Counted from the stretch's first letter, positions 40,466-52,108 are shown. The stretch is DNA of 64,000 nt from Lingula anatina (GCA_051362555.1 CM120643.1:806001-870000), one strand, 5' to 3'. Notes: generated by a model from the letters alone, not told the origin. Numbers and translations: made by a program.

Positions 40466-42324
40466 TGTAGTGTGGTTTAGTTTGCAATGTTAGCCATCTG
40501 TCTTCCAACAGAGTGATTTTTAAATTTGTTTTAATCAAAATTGGCAAATAAGCTTTAATCAAAGTCATAAAATATGATTTTCTCATGTATTGAGTGGAGC
40601 AGTGCATTGGTAAGAATACATGTATTCATTTGTGTGATAATTACAGTACTTAGTATACACCAGTCTGCCATGTTTACCTTAGAAGGACAAAACATGGCGT
40701 ACGGCCACCAGGGTCCTTCAGTGAACATATGGCTTCATGCATTTGCATAAATGACTCTGTGTAAGTGAGTGTATGCGTGAAAATATCTGTTCAATTTACC
40801 TCATAAGGACTTCACATCTGGTATGATCGAGTACTCTTGGTGTAAAATGTTGCATTTTGTGCGTGCACCACGTGTTAAGAACAAATGTGTGAACGCACCA
40901 GGTGTGCCGACGACACAACATGGACAACAAGCTGTGACACATGTAAACTTAGTGAACCTGACCCAGTGTATAATGCTATGTCATGGCAACTACAGTAGGT
41001 CACCCGGGCTGCTCGTTACAACCCTTCTCTGCAAGACATGTCTGACTGAGCTAACCACATCACACGTATTCCTGAAGTCCCCTTTTTTATTCCTGAGCAG
41101 TGGGTGTGCTGGTTGCTGGCAACAGACAGAAAAATATCTCTAATGTTATGGTAACCATGCATGGAGAAGATCGAAAGCAATGAAGATAATCCCACCTAAC
41201 ACAATGGCACTGTCACACCTAACACAATCAGCTAGAGTTTTAAACACTACCTTAGAGATATCCAGCACAATCTCAACCTAGCTTGTCACAACTACCACAT
41301 TGAACTTGAACCTTCCCTGAGATTACAAACATCTGCATATTAAGTGCCACCCGAATCAAATTTGTTACTGACAGATTTCTAAGGGCTTTCAGTTCCTCAG
41401 TCCTTCAAATGGAAATTATCCTAAACTTTATGTTGTGGAAGGGGTATTTTATATGCACTGACATATACAGTTTTTCTTTGACATATCAAGTATTGTTTTA
41501 TAGTACAACTGTATACTGAATATCCAACTTTTCTGTTATACAATATGGTACTGTACATGTATTTTCTTTTTTTTTATTATTTTATTAAAAAAGGTCCAAC
41601 TGTTACTCTTGGAATTAAAATGCAGGGAAACAATTGCGGAGATCTTTTATGCCATTACATGTATAAAAACCAATTAAAGTTACTTCTTTTCTATATTTTT
41701 AATGATGTTTTTTAGTAATCAAACAACAAGGGAATTTTAATTTTTCCCCTCAAGTGCAGAATAGGATTTTTTCACCTGCCCAGAGAACTCATCCCTCAGG
41801 GGCAGCTTGTGTGAATCCATTGCTGTGCTTGGAAAATAATCATTTTTCTCAGTCGAGTCATTAGAAAATATAGATACATTCATAACAGGCCTGTAATCCC
41901 CAGATAGAGTCTGCTGTCGCTGAAGTTATGGCTAATTTTTCATCAAATCATTGATAAATTAACCCCCACAAAATCATTTTGAAATCTTTATTCAAAGTAA
42001 ATCACTTTGTGCACTTGGTGAAAATTACAGTGACATGCACTGTACACCGCGAGCCAAGAGGACTTATACTACTATCTAACGTTTGTGCACATACACGACA
42101 TGCTGGACTTGTATGTTCAAATTCAAGACATATTTATTAAACAGAACAATTCACAGGTTTCAATCTGTACTAACTACAAGCTGTTATAGAAGTTTCATGG
42201 AATTGTCATCATGCAAGACGCACTTACCATATGTTACACATATTAATTATCACATACTAGTACAACTCCCATTGGTAAACTGGGCAACATTATATATACT
42301 TCAGTCACTGATCTTTTCTTTCAG

Positions 42325-42382
42325 ATCTATGAAAAAGAAGAGAAGATTATTACAGAAGTGAAGCCAAAGAGTAAAAGTTCAG
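42325..42382 (+). other. Candidate 58-nt plus-strand exon (IYEKEEKIITEVKPKSKSSG)
   Basis: cactgat-cttttctttcag| acceptor, CAG|gtatgg donor, purine-rich open frame. No partner exons identified. Confidence 0.25.
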
Positions 42383-45132
42383 GTATGGAATAATATTTTG
42401 AAATTTTTGTCATTGTACATTTTTTATTACAGTATATTATGGTTTCAGTGTAAAATTTCAGAAGAAATTGTACAAATTATACAAGCGTGAACACATGAGG
42501 AGTTTCCTTGAAAAAAAAAAAGGAATGGAAGCATATTGAAATAAACTAAAAAAGACGTGCTAAATGACAATTAACTTGTTATAAATAATTTGATTTTATT
42601 AGATCTAGTACAGTTAATGTAAGGTTAATCAACATAAACTAATTTGTCTACAAAAACTTTCAGCAAGTTCCCTCTTTTGCAGAAAATTTATCTTAATATC
42701 AGCCACGAAAACCATGCACTGATTCCATGAAAAATGATAGAAATACTGTGTTCATAGACTATAAAATGTATGGCTCTTATACCTAACTTCACTTCTCAAA
42801 ACAAAAAATGTAATATTGTCTTTAAATATGCAGGATACAACTGTGAAAGTGCTGTATGAATTGAGACACAAAATACATGAATATTCCTGTATTTCTCAGA
42901 GTGTCAAATCACAAATTTTGAGGCACCCCTGACAGAAAAATTCTATGACTTTTACAGCATTTCTGGGAAATCGTTGATAGGATTTAAATTGGCTAAACAT
43001 TGCAGCCACTTGTATGAAAAAGAAATCTGAAGAGAAAAGTGGATTGTGAAGGGTTATCTAGAAGTAAAGCAGTATGTTTGTGCAGGCTATAGAAAGTCAA
43101 TACCCACTGAGGGAAATGAGGCAAGCAGTGCTTCAAAAAGAATTATTCTGTCAGGTTTACCCAGCGGACAAAATGGATAGCTGATTTCATTTTCAGTGTA
43201 TATTAGAGCTTTCATCTTCTTGTCTAATCTGGGATATTCGGCATTTCATCAGCTTCAAGGAGCAGAGATGACATAGGGGAATCATTTACCAACGTGAAAG
43301 CAGTTCTGTAGCAATTACTGTTAGACAGGATTTACCTGTAGGTGAAGGCTCTGCTGGCCATACAATTGAGAAAATGTGACTAAATGATTAAAATTGAGAC
43401 AAGAGAGAGAGAGAGGGGGGGGGGGGAGATTTCACAAGCCAAAGATTTAATCTAAAGCTTACCAATCACTGACAGACAAACATTTAAGAATTATACTTAG
43501 AGATGGGAGGGGGAGCTCGATTGAGGGTGGGAGTGCAGAGAAAAAAAAGAGACAGAAGAATAATGAAGACATGATATTTGGAAGGATGAATAAAGAAAGA
43601 GACACATATAAGACTGTGAGATTCCACAAACAACTTTCATTTGTTGCCTCATAAAAAAACTGAAGAAAATGAGCAACGTCACCCACTGGCTCCAGACAAA
43701 TTCCTTTTTCATCCAATTAATACCTCATTTAGAAAATATGAAATCGATTCCACATTAAGATTCTTACACAAGGTTATCAGTTCTCCTCACTGTGGGATAT
43801 CCCATAGAACTTCCGCCGCATCCTGCAGCTTTCTCCAGGAAATTCTCCGTCATCAATTCCTGGGAAACCTTCCTGGGGAAGTGCTTGATTCTAGGATATT
43901 GAGAAGAGCACTTATTGTACTCAGTCTCTTTCCTAAATGGCTTCGGTGTGGTTTACTTTGAAGTTCATTAGGATCTTGTAAGAAAAGATGTGAATGCACA
44001 ATCAGTTTGAAACAGACAAGAAAAGGCATCTCTCCAGAGTCTTTGATCTTCTTTTATGACCCATATCAGATTTTTTTTTCTATGTTTTTTTCTCACTTTG
44101 GTTTGTAAGGAGAAGAGGTAGCATCCTATCATGTCAAGAGTTAGACACAACTACACATTGTGTCAGCTGTAGGGAACCCCAAGCTATATAGTCATAATTC
44201 AAAATTATAAAAGAAAAATTTAAAATATAAAAAACTGTTATGATCAATGTGTTGAGATAAGTCAGAATCATCAACGTGATAATTTTCTTCACAACCACTT
44301 CAATTATTATCACCTGTGTATTATATCGATCTGTTACCTTTTAGTTGATAACATTATTCTGTGGAATCCCATGCCATTTGGTATACATGTTTTCTACAGG
44401 TCTACGGCATATGTGCTCAACCTTAACCCTGATAGTTTTTATTTCTTCATTTCATTTTCTCCCCCAGTATACTGTTACTAGTATAGATGTTCAAAAATGT
44501 GTCAGAATCATAGTGATCATTTTCTTCTAACATCTGATGGCTGATTCACAAACTCTGCATAACATCCAGCATGTCTTTCTCCAAAGCCCCCCTGTACATT
44601 TTTCTTTTTGATAATCAATTATATATACAGCAGTGAACTGGGCCCTGTGGAACAGATTTGTAGGAACAGCTAAATTTGCTTCTTCACTGTTCTACATCTG
44701 GCTACCAGCCTAGAAAATAATTACTTCAAGAAAAATAAGACACAGTTTCTATAAATACTATGAAGCTAGCAATAGATTGACCAAAATATAAATTGTTTTC
44801 TCAGGGCATTCTGAGTAGCAGTTGATCATTTTCCCTTCTTTAATTGAAAATATTTCTGGAAATATATATTACTGGAAATTTTCTCACTTCAAACTCACTC
44901 CCCAGGGCGCATTGAGAAAAATCTCTAAGGTAAAGTTTGTTTAAATCAACTTAATAACAGCAGGTTACTGTCAGACATGATACAAATGATTTCGATAAAA
45001 CTAAAAGATATTTAGAGAATATATATTCTGTAGGTCTGGAGGTTGAGGGGGTTTAAATAATCGCCATTAGGTCTGAAAAAATCTGATCCAAATAATGGTT
45101 TGATCCAAACAATTTATCAAGTTTATCAACTA

Positions 45133-45209
45133 AGGGGGTATTTAAAAGGTCCACTTTTTCAGCACAAGTACCCCCCCATCTGCCCACCATGCACTTTGAA
45201 ATTGCTGGC
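45133..45209 (-). mobile_element. Fragment of the CAGGCCCGTAGCCAG MITE family
   Basis: aaaaggtccactttttcag...tttgaaattgctggc matches 34020-34068. Confidence 0.6.
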
Positions 45210-45844
45210 ATGAAGATTATACATTAGCTAAAAAATAACATTTGTTTTGTTCCTCGGAGTTCTGCTACATGGACTGGCATTTGCACCTCCAACTATCATC
45301 TTATGACTTAAAATACTGTAACATATATGAAAAGGGGACACAGAAGTCTATTCTAAAATTTTTGATAAAAGTTATTAAAATCTGAGCCCACTTGGTTCAA
45401 GACTTGTCAAGAGGTGTCAGAGGTCAGTCTAATAAGTGAGACCAATATTGTCCATCTACAGACCCACTGACCTAGCTGTGAGAAATGGCTTGACCAGTGG
45501 TGTACTCTGACTCCACTTTTAGCTGTCTTGGGAAAAGGAAGTAAACTGGCTTAGAATTTGATAAATTCTTCATTAATCTTAAGGTCAAGAGAAGTTCAAA
45601 AACTGAATCAGCTCAGTTCATGTATAAACAATTTCACTTTGGTAAGGAGATGTTTTTCATTAACTCACACAGGGATAAAAACAGACTTATAAAAAACATA
45701 TAGTGAATTTCTAAATCCCTATTCTCTGCATAGAGATGAAAAATCTGCTTCTCTGCTGAACACAAACTTTTAATATAAAAGAATATGACAGAAAGGCTAA
45801 GTACCAGAAGTTTTATACATCTGCCCTTTGGTATGAAAGAATTA

Positions 45845-46045
45845 GACCCCGTTCCAATACCTAGATCGATCTAGCAGGATTGACCCATCTCTGAGGGGTT
45901 TCTCGCTAAATTACATTCAGCTTCAGTGACTCTGATGTCAAGTACACCTACTGAACCTGTTTGTGGATAATAAACTATCATTTAGCAGCTTAAGAATCCT
46001 TTCAGAGATGGGTTGATCCTGCTAGATCGATCTGGGAATAGGGTC
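45845..46045. mobile_element. Harbinger-type MITE related to H1 (same termini, different interior, longer IRs)
   Basis: gaccccgttcc...agatcgatctagcaggattgacccatctctga / tcagagatgggttgatcctgctagatcgatct...gggtc; flanks tta/taa; abuts the next MITE across a single TAA. Confidence 0.85.
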
Positions 46046-46048
46046 TAA

Positions 46049-46260
46049 GAGGGCATTCCCAGAGATTTATATCCATCTTACTAGATCGACCTAACTCCCT
46101 GGGGGTTCACGCTAAATTGCAGTCAGCCAACCGCGCACAGAAGTTAATCCTCTTACAGCGTGTAGTAGGCGGGACGGACATTTAAGCCAGATTATCTGAC
46201 AGTAATCTAGTGAGACTCCCCGCGGGGATAGATCGATCTAAAATCTATGGGAATGCGCCC
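46049..46260 (-). mobile_element. Harbinger-type MITE H1, apparent subtype 1/2 mosaic, TSD TAA
   Basis: taa|gagggcattccc ... gggaatgcgccc|taa; interior homologous to the other H1 copies. Confidence 0.92.
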
Positions 46261-46738
46261 TAAAACTAAGTGTGTGTGGGTGGAACACTTGGTACTGAGA
46301 CTCAATCAATTACTTACGATTTGCAGGAAACAATTAATTCCTGCCAAGTTCTGCAGATGATGAGATATATCTGAGTTGCCAACCCTCCAGATTCAAGCAT
46401 TCTCCACACATACATACATACACTATCTCTCACATTGGTGCTACTTCTCAATATCAGATGTTGTTTAGGTAGAAGTAAAGGCAGCTAACATAATTAGATT
46501 AGAAATGATTCAAACAATATTGACACATCCAGATGTACTGTAAGTCTAGTCATTATTTTTTTCTGTCTCACAAAAAATTAAGCAAAACAAAATAAAATAA
46601 AATAAAATAATAAAAATACATCCTAAAATGAAAAAGACAATCAAATAATTACATATAATCAAGTCAATAAAGGTCAATATAATGTTTCATAGTTCGCCAG
46701 TATATTCCAATAAACTAATTTCATATACTTATATCTTA

Positions 46739-46962
46739 GACCCCATTCCCATAGATTTTAGATCGATCTATCCCTGTGGGGAGTCTCACTAGATTACTGT
46801 CAGCTTAGCCGGCTTAAGTGTCTGTCCCGCCTACTTAAAGCTGTAAGGAGGGTAATTAACTATGGTGCCCTCAACAGACTGCAATTTAGTGTGAACCCCA
46901 AGGGAATTAGGTCGATCTAAATCTAAATTTCTGGATCGATCTAAATCTCTGGGAATGCACCC
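46739..46962 (+). mobile_element. Harbinger-type MITE H1, subtype 2, TSD TTA
   Basis: tta|gaccccattccc ... gggaatgcaccc|tta. Confidence 0.92.
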
Positions 46963-49900
46963 TTAGTGGTTGTCTTTAAGCAAAGACAATATTTGTCAGT
47001 AGCAAGATAAATGCCATGTTATTTATTAATATACCCTAGCGACACTTCTCTGTCATCTGAGTTCAGGATCTTCACACATCAACCTCAAGAAATTAGGCAG
47101 CACCTACCTCAGCTAACCTAGCTAGCCTTCACCTAAACAACTGAATAAAATGATGCCTCGCCTCTCACATAACAAGTTTCCTTGACCACAAACTGAGGCA
47201 GAAAACTTAACCGCATTTCATTCTGTGAGCACAAAGTGAAACAGCAGGATATGAAAAGTCGTGGATAATTCTGCATTGTCCTTGCCATCAATAAAAGTTC
47301 AGAAATCTAGGTCTTTGGGACAATGAAATGGAAAAGTGTAATTGCAATGTTATATGGGTCACTGGCCATAATAACTTTCATGGGGATGTGTTTCCAGTCA
47401 AGTTATGATGCTTTAACTTAGTACACATCTAAGCAATTACCATAGGAATTAAGTGTAACAGCAAATGGCAAGTCTTAATTACAGTGGAGGTAAGTGGGAC
47501 AATAGAGAGATTGGAAGGGCTTAATGTGGTTAGAAACCATTATAACAAGGTCTGGTGGAAAACCATGTACTTAGTTATGTCATCACAACTGGACTGGAAA
47601 CATGGCATTCACCTAATGTTAAGCTGGATTGTGACTGGTTGTATTGCAGCAGTCACACCTAACACAATATAAAATTATTAATAATTGTTGAGATGATGAT
47701 GAAGGTCATAATGTTTGAAGAAATTTCACTCTCTATCAACTGTCACTTCTATAATTCTGCTGATTCCCCTTCCCCCCCCCTCTCTTTTTCCCCTCCCTCT
47801 CTCTCTCTCTCCCCCTCTCTCTCTCCCACACACATACACACTCTCACCATCAGCAACAGTACTTCATTCCTTTCAACCTATAGACATATTCTACCACCTC
47901 ACCAGTCAGGACACACAACAATCTGCCACCATTTATTTCTATCAAATCAAATCAACTGACAGACTCCATTGGAAACATGTTGATGATTCTGGACAGAAAA
48001 CTTGAACTCTTCCCAGAATGTGAGATAAATGAATGAAGCAGTATGGACAGGGTGTCAATACTGTCCATACGCCGCCCGGACTAATTTCTAGAAAACTTGG
48101 CATATTGACATTAGGTTCCATAATAAATGTGACAATTTGTTTGCAAACTCTTACGGAACTTATCAAAGGGGCTGGATAACATTCTTTTTTTATTTTTGGC
48201 GGGGGGGGGGGGGGCAGTGCCAATAAATACTTACAAAGGTCATATACATGACTTTTGCAAAGTCTCATCTCTTTAAACTGATACCTAAAGGAGGATGCTA
48301 CTACAATGCTGCAATCACTACCCACTGGATAGCAACTACTGTACATCTTAGCAATGGTTTGATATATTGATTTAAAAGTGGTGGCTATAAGAGACTAACT
48401 TTGAGGAAAATAACCTCACTATATCTAGATAAAAAAAAATGCCACAGGCACAGTGAAATTTAACTGCAGGCATGCAGTTCGTCAAATTGGAAGTGTTTAT
48501 AGACCTTGAAAGAATCTGTCCATAAAGACTTTTGTCTAAAGTTTGTAAAATAAACCTGTATTCAATCAAAGTTAGCAGGCTGGCAGAGTGTACATTTTCT
48601 TCTGTCAAGCGATTAAAATCAACAAACACTAATAACATTTTTACCAAGATACCCTGTAGTTTGTTAATTTGAAGTTCAATGTTAATAGGCAATCTTATGG
48701 AAACAATTCAGCAGCCCTAATTTGTATAACAAAATATGGATTTTTAAAACTGAAGAGTGCAGTTTGATCAAACTTTGTGGCGTAATCTCGCAGCAAATGC
48801 TTTAATGTCGAGAGAGCTGCAGTTCAAAGATATCAACTGGGGTAATTGGTATTGATTTTTTTCTCCCTGCGCCAGTTTTGAGGCTCCCATATCTATCACT
48901 GCTAAAATTGCTTCCCAGCACAGTGGCTCTCAAAATACACATGTTCACTTTTATTATACCAACTTTCAATTAGATCTGATAAGCCGCAAATCTTCTCAAG
49001 GGATTTTTAAAAAAACCAACAAGATATCAACATTTAACCTCGGGGAGCTTTTATTTAGGATCAACCAGTGCCAAGATTTGGTTTTTTTCTCAAGTGGGAA
49101 TAAGTTTTTATTTCCCCCTGTAAAGCTGGAAGTAATAGGGCAGTATTTAATCACAATACCCTGGGGCAGAACCAAGGTGCGGACAAGCATTAAGTAGTTT
49201 AATTCCCTATTTTGTGGTATGAATCTGTCATCTCCCCACATGCCACCAGCTTTCTTTATTCTCGAGTTATTTTCTATTTTGTCATTACACTGGAAGAGCC
49301 TTCATAATTACAGTCCTATCATTTATTTTATCTTACTGAACATGCAGTTCCATTGCGGTTTCTAACTAGCTTTGTCAATGATTACCTAATTATTGAAACA
49401 CATTTTGCACAACTGGATATTTATCTTTTAAAATATTTTCAAAATATTCAATGCTTCTGACTGATATATACACAGTCATACAGAAATAATTTCAATTTCA
49501 CTTCACAAAATGTCCTTTTATAACAAACCTTTCATTTAATAACACACATATATAAAAGACACATGTCATGTTTTTTCTCAAACAGTAATGAGCTACTGTG
49601 TCTTTTCAACAGGAGCAAAATGGAGAAAATTGTATGTGTTTGGGGAAAAAAAATAAACATATATTGGTAATTTTGATTGGATTAATCAGTCTGTTGTGGG
49701 AAAATCATAAGATCAGGAAAAAAACAGCACTAAACTAGTAAACAGACAGCAAAGCTGGCAAATATACAGACATCAAACTGCAAAAATATTTAAAAAACAA
49801 ACAAATAACTAAATCAATAAATAACACATAATCCAATCACACTGATTTATAAAAGGAAGTTGCCTTATTAATAATACCCAGCAAATTTGATCTTAAACAA

Positions 49901-50065
49901 AAATACAGCTTGACACACACAAACACACACACACAAAAAAAATCAGTGTTTTCCAGTTACAGCCTGGTGATGGTTAGTGTGAAAATTTGAAATTTAAACT
50001 GGTTGAAAACGTATTCAGTTTGTCTTCTATATTAATTTGTATACTCAATTCATTTTTATATTCTT

Positions 50066-50110
50066 TTATTATTATTATTATTATTATTATTATCATTATT
50101 ATTATTATTA
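50066..50110. repeat. (ATT)n microsatellite
   Basis: Directly visible; source of the poly-Ile ORF 49987-50256. Confidence 0.95.
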
Positions 50111-50809
50111 TCTTTTGTATAATTTATCAAAACTTCTGCCATGGCTACAAGAGGCACTGTGCTCCTATGATAAATAACCTCTTGCTACAATTATTACATG
50201 TTCATTTTATAAATGACATGGACACAAAACAAATGACCATTGCTACAATAATATAATAGTACTAATTCACTTTTACTGATCATCACTATAACTTCATAGA
50301 GTTTAAATTAGATAACAAATCATGTCTATTCCAATTCTACAGGATATTGTCATTATGATGCATGAATCGAACGGTCACTCTTTATGGTCATCAAATGCAC
50401 TGGTCATCTCAAGTTGTTAAACTCAGCTTATCCTTTACATTAGTATAACTTCAAAGCTGCAGTATTAGGACCATCCCAAACAGTTTAACTCGTTATTGTT
50501 TGTCCAACTTACCACTGATAACCCACTTTTAACTAATTAAATTCAACTAATAACATTTGTACTTTTGACATACCAGTGGGTTTAATATATTGCCAATAGT
50601 TGGCCTATAATACAAAGTTAATAGACTTTCCAAATAGATCTGTAAGGTTTCTTGATCTGTGGCTTTGGAGCCTCTTGTCTCTGCTCCAGCCACCAATATT
50701 TATAGATCTGAGGTACTGGTACAGTGTACGTGTGACTGGTAAATAATGTATAATATATAATGCATAATATAAATAAATAATATATAACTAACAATCAGAG
50801 AAACCAAAC

Positions 50810-50906
50810 CTGAGTCACCACTTTCTTTCGACTTCCCGTCGGAAGATTTCTTGTGGCCATGCGTATTTTTCTTAACTTTTGGTCTACTTTCGACCTTTTC
50901 AGCCAT
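50810..50906 (-). CDS. Putative first coding exon of an unidentified gene: MAEKVESRPKVKKNTHGHKKSSDGKSKESGDS + 1 nt (phase 1)
   Basis: ATG in attATGG context just downstream of a CpG-rich promoter; hydrophilic Lys/Ser-rich peptide with CpG-containing codons unlike the background; donor CAG|gtttgg followed by an abrupt shift to AT-rich sequence. Spot counts show A>T on the + strand over 1-50 kb, consistent with a minus-strand intron. Confidence 0.65.
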
Positions 50907-50929
50907 AATATTAGAATATTCTTGAAAAT

Positions 50930-51060
50930 TTTTGTGCCACAATTTTTCCACGTGCCGTGCTTGCTCGACAAAAAACCGGAAGTGGAGATGTGCGCAAGTG
51001 CGCATATGCTCTCGCATAAAACGGGAATCTCGTATGACCTCATTTGTATAGAAACGAAAT
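50930..51060 (-). promoter_or_regulatory. Housekeeping-type promoter / 5' UTR
   Basis: CpG cluster in a CpG-poor window; ETS site CCGGAAGTG (50976-50984), TGCGCAAGTGCGCA (NRF1-like), CACGTG E-box, TCTCGC and CGGGAA motifs. Confidence 0.7.
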
Positions 51061-51061
51061 A

Positions 51062-51203
51062 GAATTAATTAATGTAACATCATCAAAATGTAGTTAACCC
51101 ATTTGTGAGCTTTCCTGAAAATGTCAACAAAATCTGTCCATAACTTTTTCCATAATGTTGCTAACAGACAGATACAAAAACATACAAAAAAAGAGGTGGT
51201 AAT
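51062..51203. mobile_element. Fragment of the HINE-like family seen at 61475-61902
   Basis: taacccatttgtga..tttcctgaaaat...caaaatctg shared with 61680-61820, followed by an ACAG/ACAA tract and ggtggtaat end. Confidence 0.55.
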
Positions 51204-51247
51204 GAGAGCTGGTGATAATGATTATGGGGATATGTGTGTGTGTGAAT

Positions 51248-51861
51248 CACCCTGAGCTTCAGAGCTGACTTGACACTAACCTTTTCACTGTAGCCTATCT
51301 CCATCGTGTCAAGTAACCTCTGACCAGATTCGAGTGCTCCCGCCGCCCGCCAATCAAATTTAAAGCCCGCACTCAATGACTCATTGAACGATCTAGCCAA
51401 TGAACGCGAACGAATCAAAGCGCGCTTTGTTCAAATCCGGACCAATCAAAGATAAGGCTGAATATCAGGGACTTGCCGTAACCTGTGGGCAGCACGCAAA
51501 ATACATCATCCCTCAGTAGATAATGATGCAGGGCATCATACTGCTCTGGTTTCAATTCCGATATACTCCATGCTTTCTTTGTGTACGGTTATGCACTCGG
51601 AACCACTCGGAACTACTCGGATGTCTCCGCACTCGACAATAACTATGTTGTTAGTATGAAGCTTGCGGAATCAGCCGAGGATTGCCGATTGACGATCAAC
51701 CAATCAGCGTTTTCACCAAACTTTGGTGAAAAATTTTGAAACATGGATTCGATTGGCTTATATAAACTAGGTCAAACTATTTTCGTCAGAGGTTACTTGA
51801 CACGATGGAGATAGGCTACAGTGAAAAGGTTAGTGTCAAGTCAGCTCTGAAGCTCAGGGTG
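51248..51861. mobile_element. Young non-autonomous DNA transposon (614 bp), perfect 77-bp TIRs, 8-bp TSD GTGTGAAT; superfamily uncertain
   Basis: TIRs 51248-51324 and 51785-51861 are exact reverse complements (CACCCTGAGCTTCAGAG...); GTGTGAAT at 51240-51247 and 51862-51869; no transposase ORF. Confidence 0.95.
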
Positions 51862-51889
51862 GTGTGAATGGGTGTAAAGGTGTGTGTAA

Positions 51890-52108
51890 GGCTGTATTCC
51901 CAGAGCTTTTAGAGCGATCTATCCCCGCGGGGAGTCTCACTAGATTACTGTCAGATAATCCGGCTTAAATGTCCGTCCCGCCTACTACAAGCTGTAAGAG
52001 GGTAATTATATAACTTTCGTGTCTGCCCGGCTGACAGCTATTTAGCGTGAACCCCCAGGGAGTTAGGTCGATCTAAAGTAGATCGATCTAATCTCTGGAA
52101 ATGGGGTC
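51890..52108 (+). mobile_element. Harbinger-type MITE H1, subtype 1
   Basis: taa|ggctgtattccc ... ggaaatggggtc|tta; very similar to 31442-31656. Confidence 0.9.

Noticed and set aside
43772-43792. 13-nt match to miR-184 (GGAGAACTGATAA) on the minus strand
   Set aside because: Seed region does not match and no precursor hairpin is evident.
47942-48346. 134-aa minus-strand ORF
   Set aside because: Passes through C and A homopolymer runs, no recognisable domain, length near the chance maximum for 64 kb.
48650-48700. TACCCTGTAG resembling the miR-10 family 5' end
   Set aside because: 3' half diverges from miR-10/993 and the hairpin needs a large bulge.
50700-51017. 105-aa ORF as a single-exon gene
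   Set aside because: The upstream part overlaps promoter motifs and the tail runs into AT-rich intron-like sequence; only 50906-50810 looks coding.
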